Of a DNA stretch of 64,000 nucleotides, positions 51,744 through 64,000 are shown in pieces; the first letter of the stretch is position 1; each line of letters starts with the position of its first letter. The DNA comes from Eledone cirrhosa (lineage: Eukaryota). Below the pieces are notes generated by a model that saw nothing but the letters and a program-made list of their open reading frames with translations, searched no databases and had not been told where the DNA came from. The translations under genes and the position numbers were made by a program. The stretch covers positions 12,586,001-12,650,000 of the forward strand of contig OZ024745.1 in NCBI GenBank assembly GCA_964016885.1. Direction: 5' to 3'.

Positions 51744-52101
51744 ATTACTCCGGGCCCCTGCAGTGGGGATCCCACCAGTGACACCCTTAGCAATTTATTT
51801 GTGACCTCAGCTGGAATTTTTAGTTTTAGAATGGTTAAAATGTTTTAATTTGCTACCTGTATATATAACTTTTTAATTCCAGTTACTTGAGGCAAGCTAA
51901 CCTTGATATGTAAAATTTGAGGGGTTTGCTGTGTATTCTAGGTTTTTGTGTAAGAGAGCCCGAAAAACCTGAAGTGCCCCGGGCCCCCACCAAGGTCTAA
52001 ATCCAACCTCCATAGTAAATTTTCATAGAAACCTTTTATTAGTTATACTTTGATTAAGAAGAACTTCTAAGATGTAAACATTATGATATTCCTTTTCCTA
52101 G

Positions 52102-52203
52102 GTAACTTTTGAACATTGTCAAACATTTGTTGATGACTGGATTCTTGTTGAAGAAGAAACGATTACAAAAGCTATATTTTTTATGCTTTCACAACATCAA
52201 ATG
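52102..52203 (+). CDS. Same gene, exon
   Basis: cctag|VTFEHCQTFVDDWILVEEETITKAIFFMLSQHQM|gtaagg, phase 0/0. Confidence 0.9.
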
Positions 52204-52486
52204 GTAAGGTTGTTTTTTATTTATTATTTTAGTATGGTTGAGACAACAAACTCATTATGTAGAAATTGGATGGGAGTCGTTGTCAACTGTTGATTATCTG
52301 ATGGTATGTGGGTGAGATAGAAGGAAGCTTTGTGATACAGAGGTAGTCACAGGGGTGGAGGATATTATGTAGTTGAGGTTAAAATGTAGGAGGAGAGCTC
52401 AGCAGAAGAATTCAAGATCCCAGCAGAATTTTAACTCAGAACATAGAAGGACCAAATTAGGCACTAAATCTGGTATTCTGACTTTA

Positions 52487-53575
52487 ATAGTAATAATAAT
52501 GAAATTATTGTGTACAGTGCTCAGGTGCACTACAACTCATCAAAGGTGCATGTATGGTACATAGAATAATATACAGATGTCAGGAAAGTGAATAGTGTAT
52601 GAGTCATGATATACATGTGTGCGTGTGTATGGAGGGGGATATCAGGTGTAGTGTTGGTGAATCTCAGGAAGCATGGAGGTTTTAAAGGATGCAGTGTCTC
52701 GACAGCTAACAACTGATGCAGGTAGTTTGTTCCATGGAGGTTTTAAAGGATGCAGTGTCTCGACAGCTAACAACTGATGCAGGTAGTTTGTTCCATGAAG
52801 GTTTTAAAGGATGCAGTGTCTCGACAGCTAACAACTGATGCAGGTAGTTTGTTCCATGGAGGTTTTAAAGGATGCAGTGTCTTGACAGCTAACAACTGAT
52901 TCAGGTAGTTTGTTCCATGGAGGTTTTAAAGGATGCAGTGTCTTGACAGCTAACAACTGATGCAGGTAGTTTGTTCCATGGAGGTTTTAAAGGATGCAGT
53001 GTCTCGACAGCTAACAACTGATGCAGGTAGTTTGTTCCATGGAGGTTTTAAAGGATGCAGTGTCTTGACAGCTAACAACTGATGCAGGTAGTTTGTTCCA
53101 TGGAGGCTTTAAAGGATGCAGTGTCTTGACAGCTAACAACTGATGCAGGTAGTTTGTTCCATGCTTCAGCAACTCTAAGCATGAAAACATGTTTCAGAAA
53201 GTCATGGGAGCTGTGCTGTTTTCTGACTTTGTAGGCATGTCCACGTGTGTTAGACACATGGAAATCAAAAATGTGCTCAGGGTTGTTGTTGGCAAGATGG
53301 TTAATAATTTGGTGGGTGTCTACCAAGTCAGTTGCCAGACGTCGGAGCTTTAATGTGTCCATGCCCAGGGAAGCAAGGCATTCAGAGTATGGTAGATGCC
53401 TGATGGAGGGTATTCACTTGGTTGCACATCCCTGAACAGGTCAATGTTCTGAGCAAGATAGAGGTTCCAGAGTGGTGATGCAAATTCTAAGTGTGGCCAC
53501 ACCATAGCTATGTACAGCTTTAAGTAGATAGCTGGAGAGCGACTGACAAAGGTCTTTGCTGCCAGACAGCAGACA
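52487..53575 (-). mobile_element. CR1-like LINE 3' fragment containing a 61-bp tandem array (52672-53165, about 8 copies)
   Basis: IYLKLYIAMVWPHLEFASPLWN..TLKLRRLATDLVDTHQII..NTRGHAYK..RVAEAWNKLPASVV; (ATT)n tail at about 52490. Confidence 0.82.
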
Positions 53576-53616
53576 GTCCAAGATATCATAAAATTTAATT
53601 ACTTTTTCTCTTGCAG

Positions 53617-53760
53617 GTTATTGAAGGTTCTGCTGGAGTTTCTCTTGGAGCATTTATTGCTAATGCGCCTCGCTTTGCTGGTCAGAAAAGTGTTATATTA
53701 GCTTGTGGTGCCAACATTTCAATGATGAAACTTAAGGATATCATCAATGCAGCAGTATAA
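53617..53760 (+). CDS. Same gene, terminal coding exon
   Basis: tgcag|VIEGSAGVSLGAFIANAPRFAGQKSVILACGANISMMKLKDIINAAV*; AATAAA at about 53770. Confidence 0.92.
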   Translation, partial: VIEGSAGVSLGAFIANAPRFAGQKSVILACGANISMMKLKDIINAAV

Positions 53761-53834
53761 AGAATAGAAAATAAATATTTTGAAGTTAAGATATAATTCT
53801 TTCATTTATATATAAATACAGAAGACTTGCCTTC

Positions 53835-54320
53835 CCATGCATACAGATTGAAGCCTACATCTAGTATGTACCACTTAACCACTATCCTTCCCCTGCCATA
53901 CACTACCCCACACTATAAAGTAGTTGCGTTGCTGTCATGGGAAGGTGGGTCTTCTGTATTACTGCATAACGCCAAAAATCTTGATCCTATTTTGTTGCTT
54001 TTAAGAGGTGCAATTGTGCAAGGTCAGCTTTTATCACCTCATCCCAGGTCTTCCTATTCCATAGTTTCCATCAACTTTGAGTACTCTACTCCTTTTTATA
54101 CAGCTGTCATCCTTCCTACACATCATATGGTCATACCAACACAATCTCCTCTCATGCACACTGCATCTGATTCCTCTAATGCTAAATTTCTCTTTTAGTT
54201 CATTTATGCTTTACCATTCATGTATATTACTATTACACATTCATCAGAGCAAACAGGCTTCATTTCTTTCCAATCTTCACAGGACCTAGGTCTCACTACC
54301 ATGCAATATTGCTGTTCCTC
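53835..54320 (-). mobile_element. RTE-like LINE 3' fragment (same family as 61690-62230 on +)
   Basis: TAILHGSET..LERNEACLL*..IRGIRCSVHERRLCWYDHMM. The + copy reads KGFSLRIKGRLYD..AMLHGSESW..LERNEACMLRWMC. Confidence 0.72.
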
Positions 54321-55188
54321 TTTCAAATTTGACCTTTGGCGCCTAAAAATATCTTGGTAACACAACTAAACACCATATATAGTCATTTGTATGTATGGAC
54401 CTGTAACTCCTGATGAAGTGATAGGGGCACCCTAATGACATACAGCATTTCTTGGCCATTTAAAACCTGGTGAAGCTCATCTCTTCTCTCATAAGGCAAG
54501 CAATATGTGACAGAGGAATCAATGATAAAATGGAGTGTAGACTTATATTTGACATCAATATTTTGCTGATTTTCACCAACTTCAACATCAAAAAGATACC
54601 AAAACACCCGAAGTGATTGCATTACAATGAAACACTGTTTTAATACATTTTTACAGAATATCTTTAGTACTTGCTGTCTTTACATTTTCATTTCTCTCGG
54701 CATGTGATTGGCTGAAAGTAAACAAATATTCAAGAAACTGGCACTACAACGCTATTAGCTGTCAGTCCAGTGGAAAACAGGCGAAGGTGACGTCACTCGT
54801 CAACATCGTTTATTTCCGTATTACTACCACGCGTAAGTGGAGTTTTCACGCGGTTTTTTGAGAGAGAGAGGGAAGAGGAGAGAGAGAGGGAAGACTTAAA
54901 AGGGCCAAATTAGAAAACAAATAGAAAAAACAAATAGAAAACAAGTCATGGTTATAAAGCATATCGATGTAAGTGGAGTTACTTAAATGAAAATATAGGT
55001 GGCCCTTAAAAGGGCCAAATTAGAAAACAAATTTAAGTTAATTAGAAAACAAGTCATGGTTATCAATGTAGAAAACAGGTCATTCATAAATTTAAGTTTT
55101 ATAATCAAATTTTTTTTACCAACAAATATGACAGCTAATAGCGTTGTAGTGCCCGCAATTCTGTATCTTTACGTATATTGCGCATAGA

Positions 55189-55450
55189 TACGAGGGTTGA
55201 CAAAGATACTCTCATGGAATGTGACCAAATGAGGTTTATTTTTCAACATAGTCTCCCTTGCGTTCCACACACTTCTTCCATCGGTGTTGCAGTACTGAGA
55301 TCAATGTTTTCCTCGGTAGTGGCAGTTGTAGGACGTCCAGACATTGGGTCATCTTCAAGAATCCCCTATCCTTTCCTAAATTCGGCTGCCCACTTTTGCA
55401 CAAAGGAAAATTGTGGTACAATATTGTAAGGTCTGCTTATAGCATTATCC
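55189..55450 (-). mobile_element. Internally deleted mariner remnant
   Basis: TACGAGGGTTGACAAAG TIR-like end. Minus-strand KWAAEFRKG*GILEDDPMSGRPTTATTEENID (HTH linker motif). Confidence 0.65.
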
Positions 55451-56154
55451 ATCTTTCAAAAATGAAGGTCCACATTTCGTCGACTTCAATACACTTTATT
55501 ACATTTTATTGTATTGTAAACATTAACTTTTATGGAAATTGTATTACAAAATTTCAATTTAGTTCGATTTTTTGGAATTTATTTAACAAACATGGAAAAA
55601 TAAGAAAAATAAGAAAAAGAATAAAATAATTTGATTGCCTTTAATAAAGAAGATAAATAGAGTAGAACTGATTTCCAAGTCATACTAATGAAACAAGGTT
55701 TTTTTCCATTACTGATATTATCTGTCTGCCGCAAGTCCTGGTAGAAGATGCTACATGAACTAAAGTATTTTACTGAAGGACGCAACATGCTGCAGGATCG
55801 AAGAAACGAGCCCATGACTTTATAATGGTTAGTCCAGTACCGTAACCTCTAAGGCATGTGCCTTCACAGAGGAAAGGTAAATCATATTATAACAGATTAG
55901 ATGGGTACTATGTTAGATATTACTATGTGTCATATTATACCAAAGAGGAAGTGAGCTGTATAATAAACATTGATATCAGGTTGATTCAATAACTACCCGG
56001 TCCCAAATATGAACCCATGAACTAATGGTCGTCAGTCAAACACTTTAACCATTGTATGTATGTATACACGTATGGATCGATGGATGTATGTATGTGTGTA
56101 TACATGTATGTATGGATGTATGCATACATGTATATATGTAAGTATGTATGCGTG

Positions 56155-58400
56155 TATGAAAACAACTGGAAGGACTTCAGGAGCTCGGTCTATGAGGCTT
56201 CAGCAGAGTTCCTTGGCTTTGTCACAAGAAAACAAGGACTGGTTTGATGAGAATGACCAGGAGGTCAAGGCTCTGCTAGACAGAAAACAAAAGGCACTTG
56301 ATGCAGTTCTTAAAGGTGGTAGCTCTGTTGGTGACAATTATGAGTGTTACAGACAGGTAAAGAAGGAAGTGCAGGTGAAACTCAGGGCTATGCAAAATAC
56401 CTGGTGGAGCAACAAAGCAGATGAAGTTCAAGTGGCATCTGACGGCAACAATGTGAAACTGCCGCACTTTCTACTCACAGAGGTGTATGGCCCTTTCAGC
56501 TCTCCAGTGGCCCCTTTGAGATCGAAAGATGGCAAGCAATTACTGCGTGACCCAAAAGACACTCAACAGATAGAGAGATCACTTTGATGAGCTCTTAAAC
56601 CAACCATCCCAGGTTGATGATGATTTCCTTTGTTCCATTCCTATTGAACCAGTGAAGCATATGAGATGGCTAATGTATCTTCTCTTGCAGAGGAGACTTC
56701 TGTTGTGCATAAGCTGAACTGTGGTAAGTCTCCTGGTATGGATGGTCTGAGTGGAGCGGTTTTGAAGTGTGGTGGTGAAAACTTCACGCAGCGCATGACT
56801 GACCTCATGAAAATGGTGTGGGAAGATAAGAATGTCCCACAAGAAGGATGCGCTCATGGTGATTCTCCATAAAGTAAAGGACGGCAAGGACAAATGTGGC
56901 AATTATCATGTCATATCCCTTCTTTCAGTAGTTGGTAAAGTTGTGTCGAATATTGATGGATAGATTGATCCCAAGAGTTGCTCTGAATGTGTTGCCTGAG
57001 TCGCAGTGTGGGTTCAGAAACGAAAGAGGAACAGTGGATATGATCGTTTCTGCTCGGCAGCTGCAAGAAAAGTGTATCGAACAATGTATGGACCTCTACC
57101 AGGTCTTTGTTGACTTGACAAAGGCCTTTGACACTGTCAATCGAACTGCATTGTGGGAAAAAATCCAAGGTAGGGTAGAAGATTCTGCATCTTTTCCATG
57201 ATGACATGAAGGCTTTGGTCAGTATTGGTGGTAGCATCTCTGAACCAATATCAGTTGAAAATGGAGGGAAGCAGGGGGACATTCCGGCTCCAACTCTGTT
57301 TCCCTTATATTTTACGATAGTGTTTCTCATGGCATTCAAATATTGTTCTCATGGGGTTTACATCAGGTATCGCACTTCAGGAAGGTTGTTCAACACCAGG
57401 CGCTTTGGTACAAGCACAAAAGTATTAACATCTATAATCCGAGAGTTTTTGTATGCAGACGACTGCGATCTTTTTGCACGCTCACAAAGTGACATGCAGC
57501 ATATTATGAACTCTTTTTCTGCAGCCTGCAGCATTTTAGGCGTCACAATAAGCTTGGAAAAGACTGTTGTGATCTATCAGCCAGTACCTGGAAACGAGCA
57601 CACTGCACCAAGTGTGTACGTGTACGGAAAGAGGCTAAACGTTGCTGACAAGTTTCTTTACCTTGGTAGTACGTTGAACACTTCATGCACACATGATAAT
57701 GAAATATCCTTAAGAATCAAGAAAGCCAGTGATGCTTTTGGACGGCTGCATCAACGTTTATGATCCAGACGAGGTATCACTATCGAAACCAAGGTGAAAG
57801 TGTATCTGACTTGTGTCGTCTCCTCTTTACTTTATGTTTGTGAAACGTGGGTCACATACAGAAAGCACCTCAAGGATCTGGAGAGATTTCCCCAACAATC
57901 TCTTCATAAGTTACTTGGGGTGTGGTGGAAAATGTTCGCCAGTGACTTGGAAGTTCTAGAACGGAGCAGGTGCGTGACTATAGAGAGCATAATCTTTCGG
58001 TTGAGGTGGTACAGTCACGTGGTCCGGATGTCTGATGATCGTATTCCAAAACAACTTCTCTATGGAGAACTGTGTGAAGGAAGGCGACCACCACATAAAC
58101 CAAAATGGCGGTATCGGGACTGTATCAGGGGCACCTTGGCTTGTGCTGGAATTTCATCTGACGAATGGGAGAAAATGGCTGACGAGCGTGTGAAGTTTGA
58201 TCAAGTCAGGTGGTGAACACTTTGAAACTCGTCGGAGAGAACACCTAACACTGAAAAGGAAGGTGAGGATTGAGACTGTTCTGAACTGCCTGCTGTTGAA
58301 CATCATCTGGTTTGCCAGCACTGTGGTCGAGTCAGCCTGAGCAAAGCTGGTTTGATTAGACATGAATAAAGTCATATCAGTAGACCTCATGTAGATCATG
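56155..58400 (+). mobile_element. RTE-clade (BovB-like) LINE ORF2, 5'-truncated and decayed
   Basis: ENKDWFDEND, GKSPGMDGL, LPESQCGFR, FVDLTKAFDTVNR, GGKQGDIPAPTLF, FLYADDC, FLYLGS, RLRWYSHVVRMSDDRIPKQLLYGEL and a terminal CQHC..H zinc knuckle; several frameshifts and stops. Confidence 0.95.
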
Positions 58401-59539
58401 ATCTGAAAATGTACAAGCATAGGAGGTCTTAAAAGATACATGTGAACATACAGCCAGAACAAAGCAATGGAAGGTTTCGGGGGAGCCTAAAGTTGCCATG
58501 TGTGTGCCAGAGGGTGCAAGTATTTGGCTGGTTTAAAGAGTCACATTTGTGCTTCACATTTTTGAACATTTTATCGGGCGATGGCAATACTTGAACACGA
58601 GTTTGCAGCCATCATATAGTATGTATGTATGTATGTTGGGTCACTCTTGAGTGCTATTAGTAACATGTAACCCAGTACAACCTGTCGCGTGGTCGGGTCG
58701 TCGGCGACTAAACCGGCAACCCCACCAAGTTTACTTGGTGAGGAGGGTGATTTTGGACACCCTGCAGGACAAAAAACAAAACCTGACAAAGGGCGGAAGA
58801 TCTCATAAGAGTCAACGGCCATCCAAAAGTGCGTAAATATGTATATACACATGTATATATGTATGTATATGTATGTGTGAATATACATGGGTGCATGTGT
58901 ATGTACATACGCGGGGACATAGAAATAATTGGGCTGGACACCCGATTGCGCGGTTAAACCACTGGGTGTGAAGGACCCCTAGCCTTTGTCAGGGCATTCT
59001 TCTAGGTGAAGGCAACTCAGGAAACTGGGATAACTCCGATATAAAACCTGCGGCTCAGTAGTTACCGATGATGTTGATATTTTCTTCTTTTCGGGTTATA
59101 GCTACTGTCGCTCAGAGAGTGGGATTGGCTCAGTGCACAGTCTTTCCTCATTTAAAAAAATATCTTCATGCACAGGCATTGCACGATAAAATTAATTAAT
59201 AATACGGCCCTTGCCATTCTGAGTTCAAATCCCGCCAAGGTTAACTTTGCCTTTCATCATTACGGGGTCGATAAAATAAAGTACCAGTAATGCACTGGGT
59301 AATTGCTGGCCTTGTGCCTAACGTAGAAACAATTATTAATAATGGTATATCGTGCAATGGGCAGCCATCATGTATGCATGCATGCGTGTATGTATGTGTA
59401 TGTTTGAGTGTATATATATATATATGTGCATGTGGGTGTGTATATATATATCTCCATATACATATTTATTCAGCTGATATAGGCTGGATTGGTTGGAATA
59501 TTCTGACGCGAATTCTTTCTGCTCTGTTAAATCGAAACA

Positions 59540-60200
59540 AATCTTGACTTTTTATTTGAGGTTTTCTATATAAGAGACCGGGAGAACATGTTGATACTAT
59601 GAAGGCCATTTTTCCTAAGCCGCCTGGACTATTGCTCCCAGCTGTGGTCACCCCCATAGTATCAAACTAACCACGGAACTTGAGAAAATCCAACGAAGCT
59701 ACACCAAGAGGATTGCACAATGAAGGAGATGAGCTACTAGGAGAGGCTAAAAGAACTGAAACTCTACTCCTTGGAACGAAGACGGGAGAGATACGCAGTG
59801 ATATACATATGAAAAATCCTGGAGGGACTAGCGCCAAACTTTGGTATTGAGAGCGGGACCAACCCCCAAACAGGACGTCACTGTGTGGTGACAAAGGTCC
59901 CGTCTTCCACATCTAGAACAAGAAGCAGATATTGCAATAGACTGGGGTTCAAAGGCCCTCAACTCTTCAACAAACTGCCGAGGGATTTGAGAGATCTACA
60001 TGGTGTGGCCGTGGATATTTTCAAGAAACTTCTTGACACCCTGTTATCCAGGATCCCGGTACGAAGGTAACCTAAAGGCAGCAGCAACGAACTCCCTCTT
60101 ACATCAATGGCCAGCCAACACAGGCTGGAGATAGAATGTGTAGCAACAAGGGCAGTGCCCAATCATGGTCTCAGCCGGATGGCTGGAACAGCTACAAGAG
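59540..60200 (+). mobile_element. CR1/L2-type LINE 3' fragment (minus-strand copy at about 62915-63232)
   Basis: RLDYCSQLWSP..LKELKLYSLERRRERYAVIYI..GPQLFNKLPRDLRDLH. Confidence 0.8.
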
Positions 60201-60227
60201 TATATATATATATTTAATATAGAAATG

Positions 60228-60277
60228 GCTTCAACAGGACTAGAACTGTTTCATACGGAGGAAATCATCAGAAAAGC
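60228..60277 (-). ncRNA. Degenerate hammerhead-like motif (truncated related copy at 16921-16963 on +)
   Basis: GCTTTT-CTGATGA-T-TTC-CTCC-GTA-T-GAAA-CAG-TTCTAGTC-CTG-TT-GAAGC. The other copy has TTC-TCCC-GAA and a GUA site. Confidence 0.5.
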
Positions 60278-60540
60278 TGACTGTCAATGTAATATGGTGG
60301 TATTTTCTGGTGGTAGGGGAGGGTAGTAAATTGATGCTAAGTAGTCAAACACATACACACTGACAGGCACTCCTAATTTTCAAGATTCATTTATTCTAAA
60401 ACAAAAGGTTTTCATTGAGTGGCAATATTAAAATGCTCTGCTAAAAGATATAAATGTGTGTGTATACATATATATATGTGTGTGTTTGTGTATATATATA
60501 TATGTGTGTGTGTGTTTGTGTATATATATTTGTGTGTGTG

Positions 60541-60572
<32 letters not shown>

Positions 60573-60739
60573 CAAATTTCAATAATATTAATACACCCTA
60601 ATGGGGGTTAAACTCCCTATAGTGAAAAGTTTGGCCAATAAATGGAACAAGATTTTACGAACTTATCCTCTGGTTTTGGAGATAGACCCCCATAACCATA
60701 TATATTCTGAAACTACATTGCCCAGGGTACTTGTATAAG

Positions 60740-61180
60740 TATATTTCATTTTAATCAAAGGGTTCATCGGGGGCACAAAACCGCCGCTGATACTTTACCT
60801 TCGATTTATATGAAATTTAAACCATAGGTAAATGACAAGATATGATGCCTATTCACATCATTTCAGCAAATTTCAATAAAATTACAATACCCTAAATCTG
60901 AGTTAAACACTCTATTAGGGTTCACCAGAGGGCACAAAATCCCCGCTGAAAGTTTTTTCGGTTCGATTTATATGCAATTTAAACCATAGATAAATGAAGA
61001 GATATGATGCCTATTCACAAAATTTCAATACTATAAGACACCTTAATACTATAAGACTCTATTAGGGTTCCCCGGGGGTACAAACCCCCGCTGAAAACTT
61101 CTCCCTTTCATTTTATATGAAACTTAAACCATAGGTAAATGACAAGATATGATGCCTATTCACAAAAGTTTCAATTGATA
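60740..61180 (+). repeat. Degenerate tandem repeat, about 3 units of roughly 150-160 bp
   Basis: AGGGTTC..GGGCACAAAA..CCGCTGA..TTTATATGAAATTTAAACCATAGGTAAATGACAAGATATGATGCCTATTCACA recurs three times. Confidence 0.75.
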
Positions 61181-64000
61181 TTTTGAAAAAAATTATTTAC
61201 AAGAAACAAAATAAGAATAAGATTTAATAATGCAATTTTGATTTGATATATTACAAAAAAATGATGTTTTCCAATTTTTCATGCATTATATTTTACAGCA
61301 TAGTTACGTCCCTTTACGATCTGAGTTCAAATCCCGAGGTTGACTTTATTTTATCGACCCCGTAAGGATGAAAGGCAAAGTACCAGTAATGCACTGGGTA
61401 ATTGCTGGCCTTGTGCCTAAAGTAGAAACAATTATATTTTACATTGAGTAATATTGAGTTTTTCTCCATAAATCACTGATTTAAAATCAATCATTTTCTT
61501 ACAAAAAAAATGAGTGAAACTCAGCAAGGCGCTGGTAATTCGGCTAGTATATATATATATGTGAGTGTGTGTATATATATGTGTGTATGTGTATGTAGGA
61601 GAGGTGTAGGTAGAAACTCCATCCTCCGCCACATATGCAAACTATGGATACACAAGAGATGTAGTGGGATCTCAGGAAGTTTAGTTAAGAATGTAGGCTT
61701 TACATGTAGCAGTTGGACAAGTGACATCAAAGTCTGGGAGGACTTGGTAAAAACAATACCGAATTAGCAGCGGAGGGGGTGTTCTGAAAGGATGGGATGG
61801 AAGAAGTTGAGGGAGCTACTGCCGCAGCTGGATACAAAAGGCTTTTCCCTCAGAATAAAAGGTAGACTGTATGATGTGTGCACATGAACGGCAATGTTGC
61901 ATGGTAGTGAGAGCTGGGTGCTGTGTGTAGAAGACTTGCGTAGATTAGAAAGGAATGAAGCTTGTATGCTCCGATGGATGTGTAATAGTAATATACGCGA
62001 ACAGCAAACCATAAACAAACTGTAAGAGAAACTAGGCATAAGAGGAATCAAATGTGCAGTAGAGGAGATTATGTTGGTATGGACATGTGATTCGTATGAA
62101 GGATGACAGCTACATAAAGTCCCAGAAAGACTTGAGATGAAGTGATAAAAGCCGACCTTGCCCAATTGCATCTCTGAAAGGCAATGACACAGGACCAAGA
62201 TCTCTGGCGTTATGAGGTAATACAGAAACCCCAACTTCCCACAGGCCAAGGCTGAAACATACATACAGTATGCACCACTCCATCCCACATGCCAATATAT
62301 CTTTCATGAGAACAGGCCGAAACACTGTAAAGTGGTCGTGATGGTGACACGGTAAAAAACACCCAGTCCACACTGTAAAGTAGTCGTGGAGGAATCACAA
62401 CAAAAAAAACCCAGTACTCACTGTAAATGAACTTGGCATTAGGAAGGGCATCCAGCTGTAGAAACCAAGCCAAAATCAGTTCTTTATGAGCAAGACATGG
62501 TCACCTGACCGCACATGGCTCAGTGGTTAGAGCATTGGGCTTGCAATTGAAAGGTTGTGAGTTTAATTCTCGGACTGAGTGATGTGTTGTTTCCTTGAGC
62601 AAGACACTTTATTTCACATTGCTCCAGTTTACTCAGCTGTAGAAATGAGATGATAGGACTGGGGTCCCTATCATTCCACGGCAAAAAAAAAACAGCCAGC
62701 ACTCACTGTAAATTAAGTTGGTGTTAGGAAGGGCATCCAGCTGTAGAAATCAAGACAAGGTCAGCCGACCGGACACTGCCCACAACAGGACAACCCATGC
62801 TAGCGTAGAAGAACTGACATAAATGATGATGATGATGATGAAATATAATAGAGTTTTATAGCTTGCTTGAAGCATTGATGAATAGGAAACACAAATTAAA
62901 ATTTTGAAAACCAAGTTGAGGGCCTTTGAACCCCAGGCTGCTCCTGATTCTAGATGTGGAAGACGGGACCTTTGGTACCACACAGTGACGTCCTGTTCGA
63001 GAATTGGTCCAGCCCTCAATGCGAAAGTTTGGTCTTAGTCCCGGCAGGATTTTCCATATGTATATCATTGCATATCTCTCCCGTCTTCATTCCGAAGGGT
63101 AGAGTTTCAGTTCTTTTAGCCTCTCCCAGTAGCTCATCTCCTTCATTGTGCAATCCTCTTGGTGTAGCTTCGTTGGATTTTCTCAAGTTCCGTGGTTAGT
63201 TTGATACTATGGCGTGACCACAGCTGGGAGCATTCATCATCATTTCATTTTATGTCCACTTTTTCCCTGCTTGCAAGGGTGGGACGGGAACTGATTCTGG
63301 CTTGATTTCTACAGCTGGATGCTGTTCCTAACACCAACCTCATTTACAGTGAGTGCTGGGTGCTTTTTTCCCCGTGGCAACTCCACATCCACTTTACAGT
63401 GTGGGCTGGGTGCTTTTTTGTCATGGCACCTCCACGACTGCCAGTCCTATCATCTCATTTCTACAGCTGAGTAAACTGGAGCAATGTGAAATAAAGTGTC
63501 TTGCTCAAGGAAACAACACATCACCCGGTGTGAGAATTGAACTCACAACCTTTCGATTGCAAAGCCAATGCTCTCAATATGTACACACACAGTAATAATA
63601 ATACATATGAAGACTAAAATCCAAAGAGGGCTCGATAGGGATAAATATATATCAAATATATAAGAACCGTAGAGCAAATATTTATTAAAATAACAGATTA
63701 AAGTTTAAGCAAAGAATCGGCTGCTTTCACCCTTAATGGGATCTTCTGAAACTAAAAAAGAAAAAAAAAAATCAATCTGTGAATGCAGAAGTAAATATTT
63801 CGAAAAACGTTGCAACCGAAAGAAGACAGGAAGGCGATACTTTGGTTCGTGGAGACGTAGTTTTAGGTATTTCTTCTTGCTTGGTACGGGTATGTTCTTT
63901 GTAGAAATATTCAGATGTTTCTGCATTATGAATATAAGTCAATAGAGTACTCAATCAAGGGAGCCAAATAGTAATAATAATAAATTTGAAGACATCCAAA

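Noticed and set aside
58630-59190. GC-richer repeats resembling RTE 5' UTRs that might hold an HDV-like ribozyme
   Set aside because: I could not assign the nested double pseudoknot by eye; it needs a descriptor search.
62512-62580. tRNA gene-like sequence (also 13655-13727 and 25785-25855)
   Set aside because: SINE heads running into the SINE body; acceptor and T stems are degenerate.

Overview
AT-rich, repeat-dense animal DNA; the (TA)n/(CA)n/(TACA)n load and SINE types suggest an octopod cephalopod (inference). One host gene is visible: a fold-type II PLP enzyme (threonine/serine dehydratase, serine-racemase family) on + with six recognisable coding exons from 39990 to 53760, apparently lacking its middle exon(s). 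The rest is decayed mobile DNA (Helitron Rep, DD41D Tc1/mariner, hAT, RTE and CR1-like LINEs, a Penelope GIY-YIG fragment, two tRNA-derived SINE families) plus at least seven minisatellites, which explain all the long ORFs. The main finding, read by hand and not explained by any ORF, is about nine families of type I hammerhead ribozyme (HHR)-like motifs, 15 copies in total. Most lie in non-coding, often fold-back elements next to (TA)n tracts. Two unrelated families carry the compensatory U3-A8 core with the same stem II bulge. One of them forms a terminally redundant, circularly permuted 593-nt monomer resembling a retrozyme or circular RNA. A 6.3-kb inverted 49-bp satellite lies inside an intron of the gene. 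All folds were inferred by eye; no activity or database check was possible.
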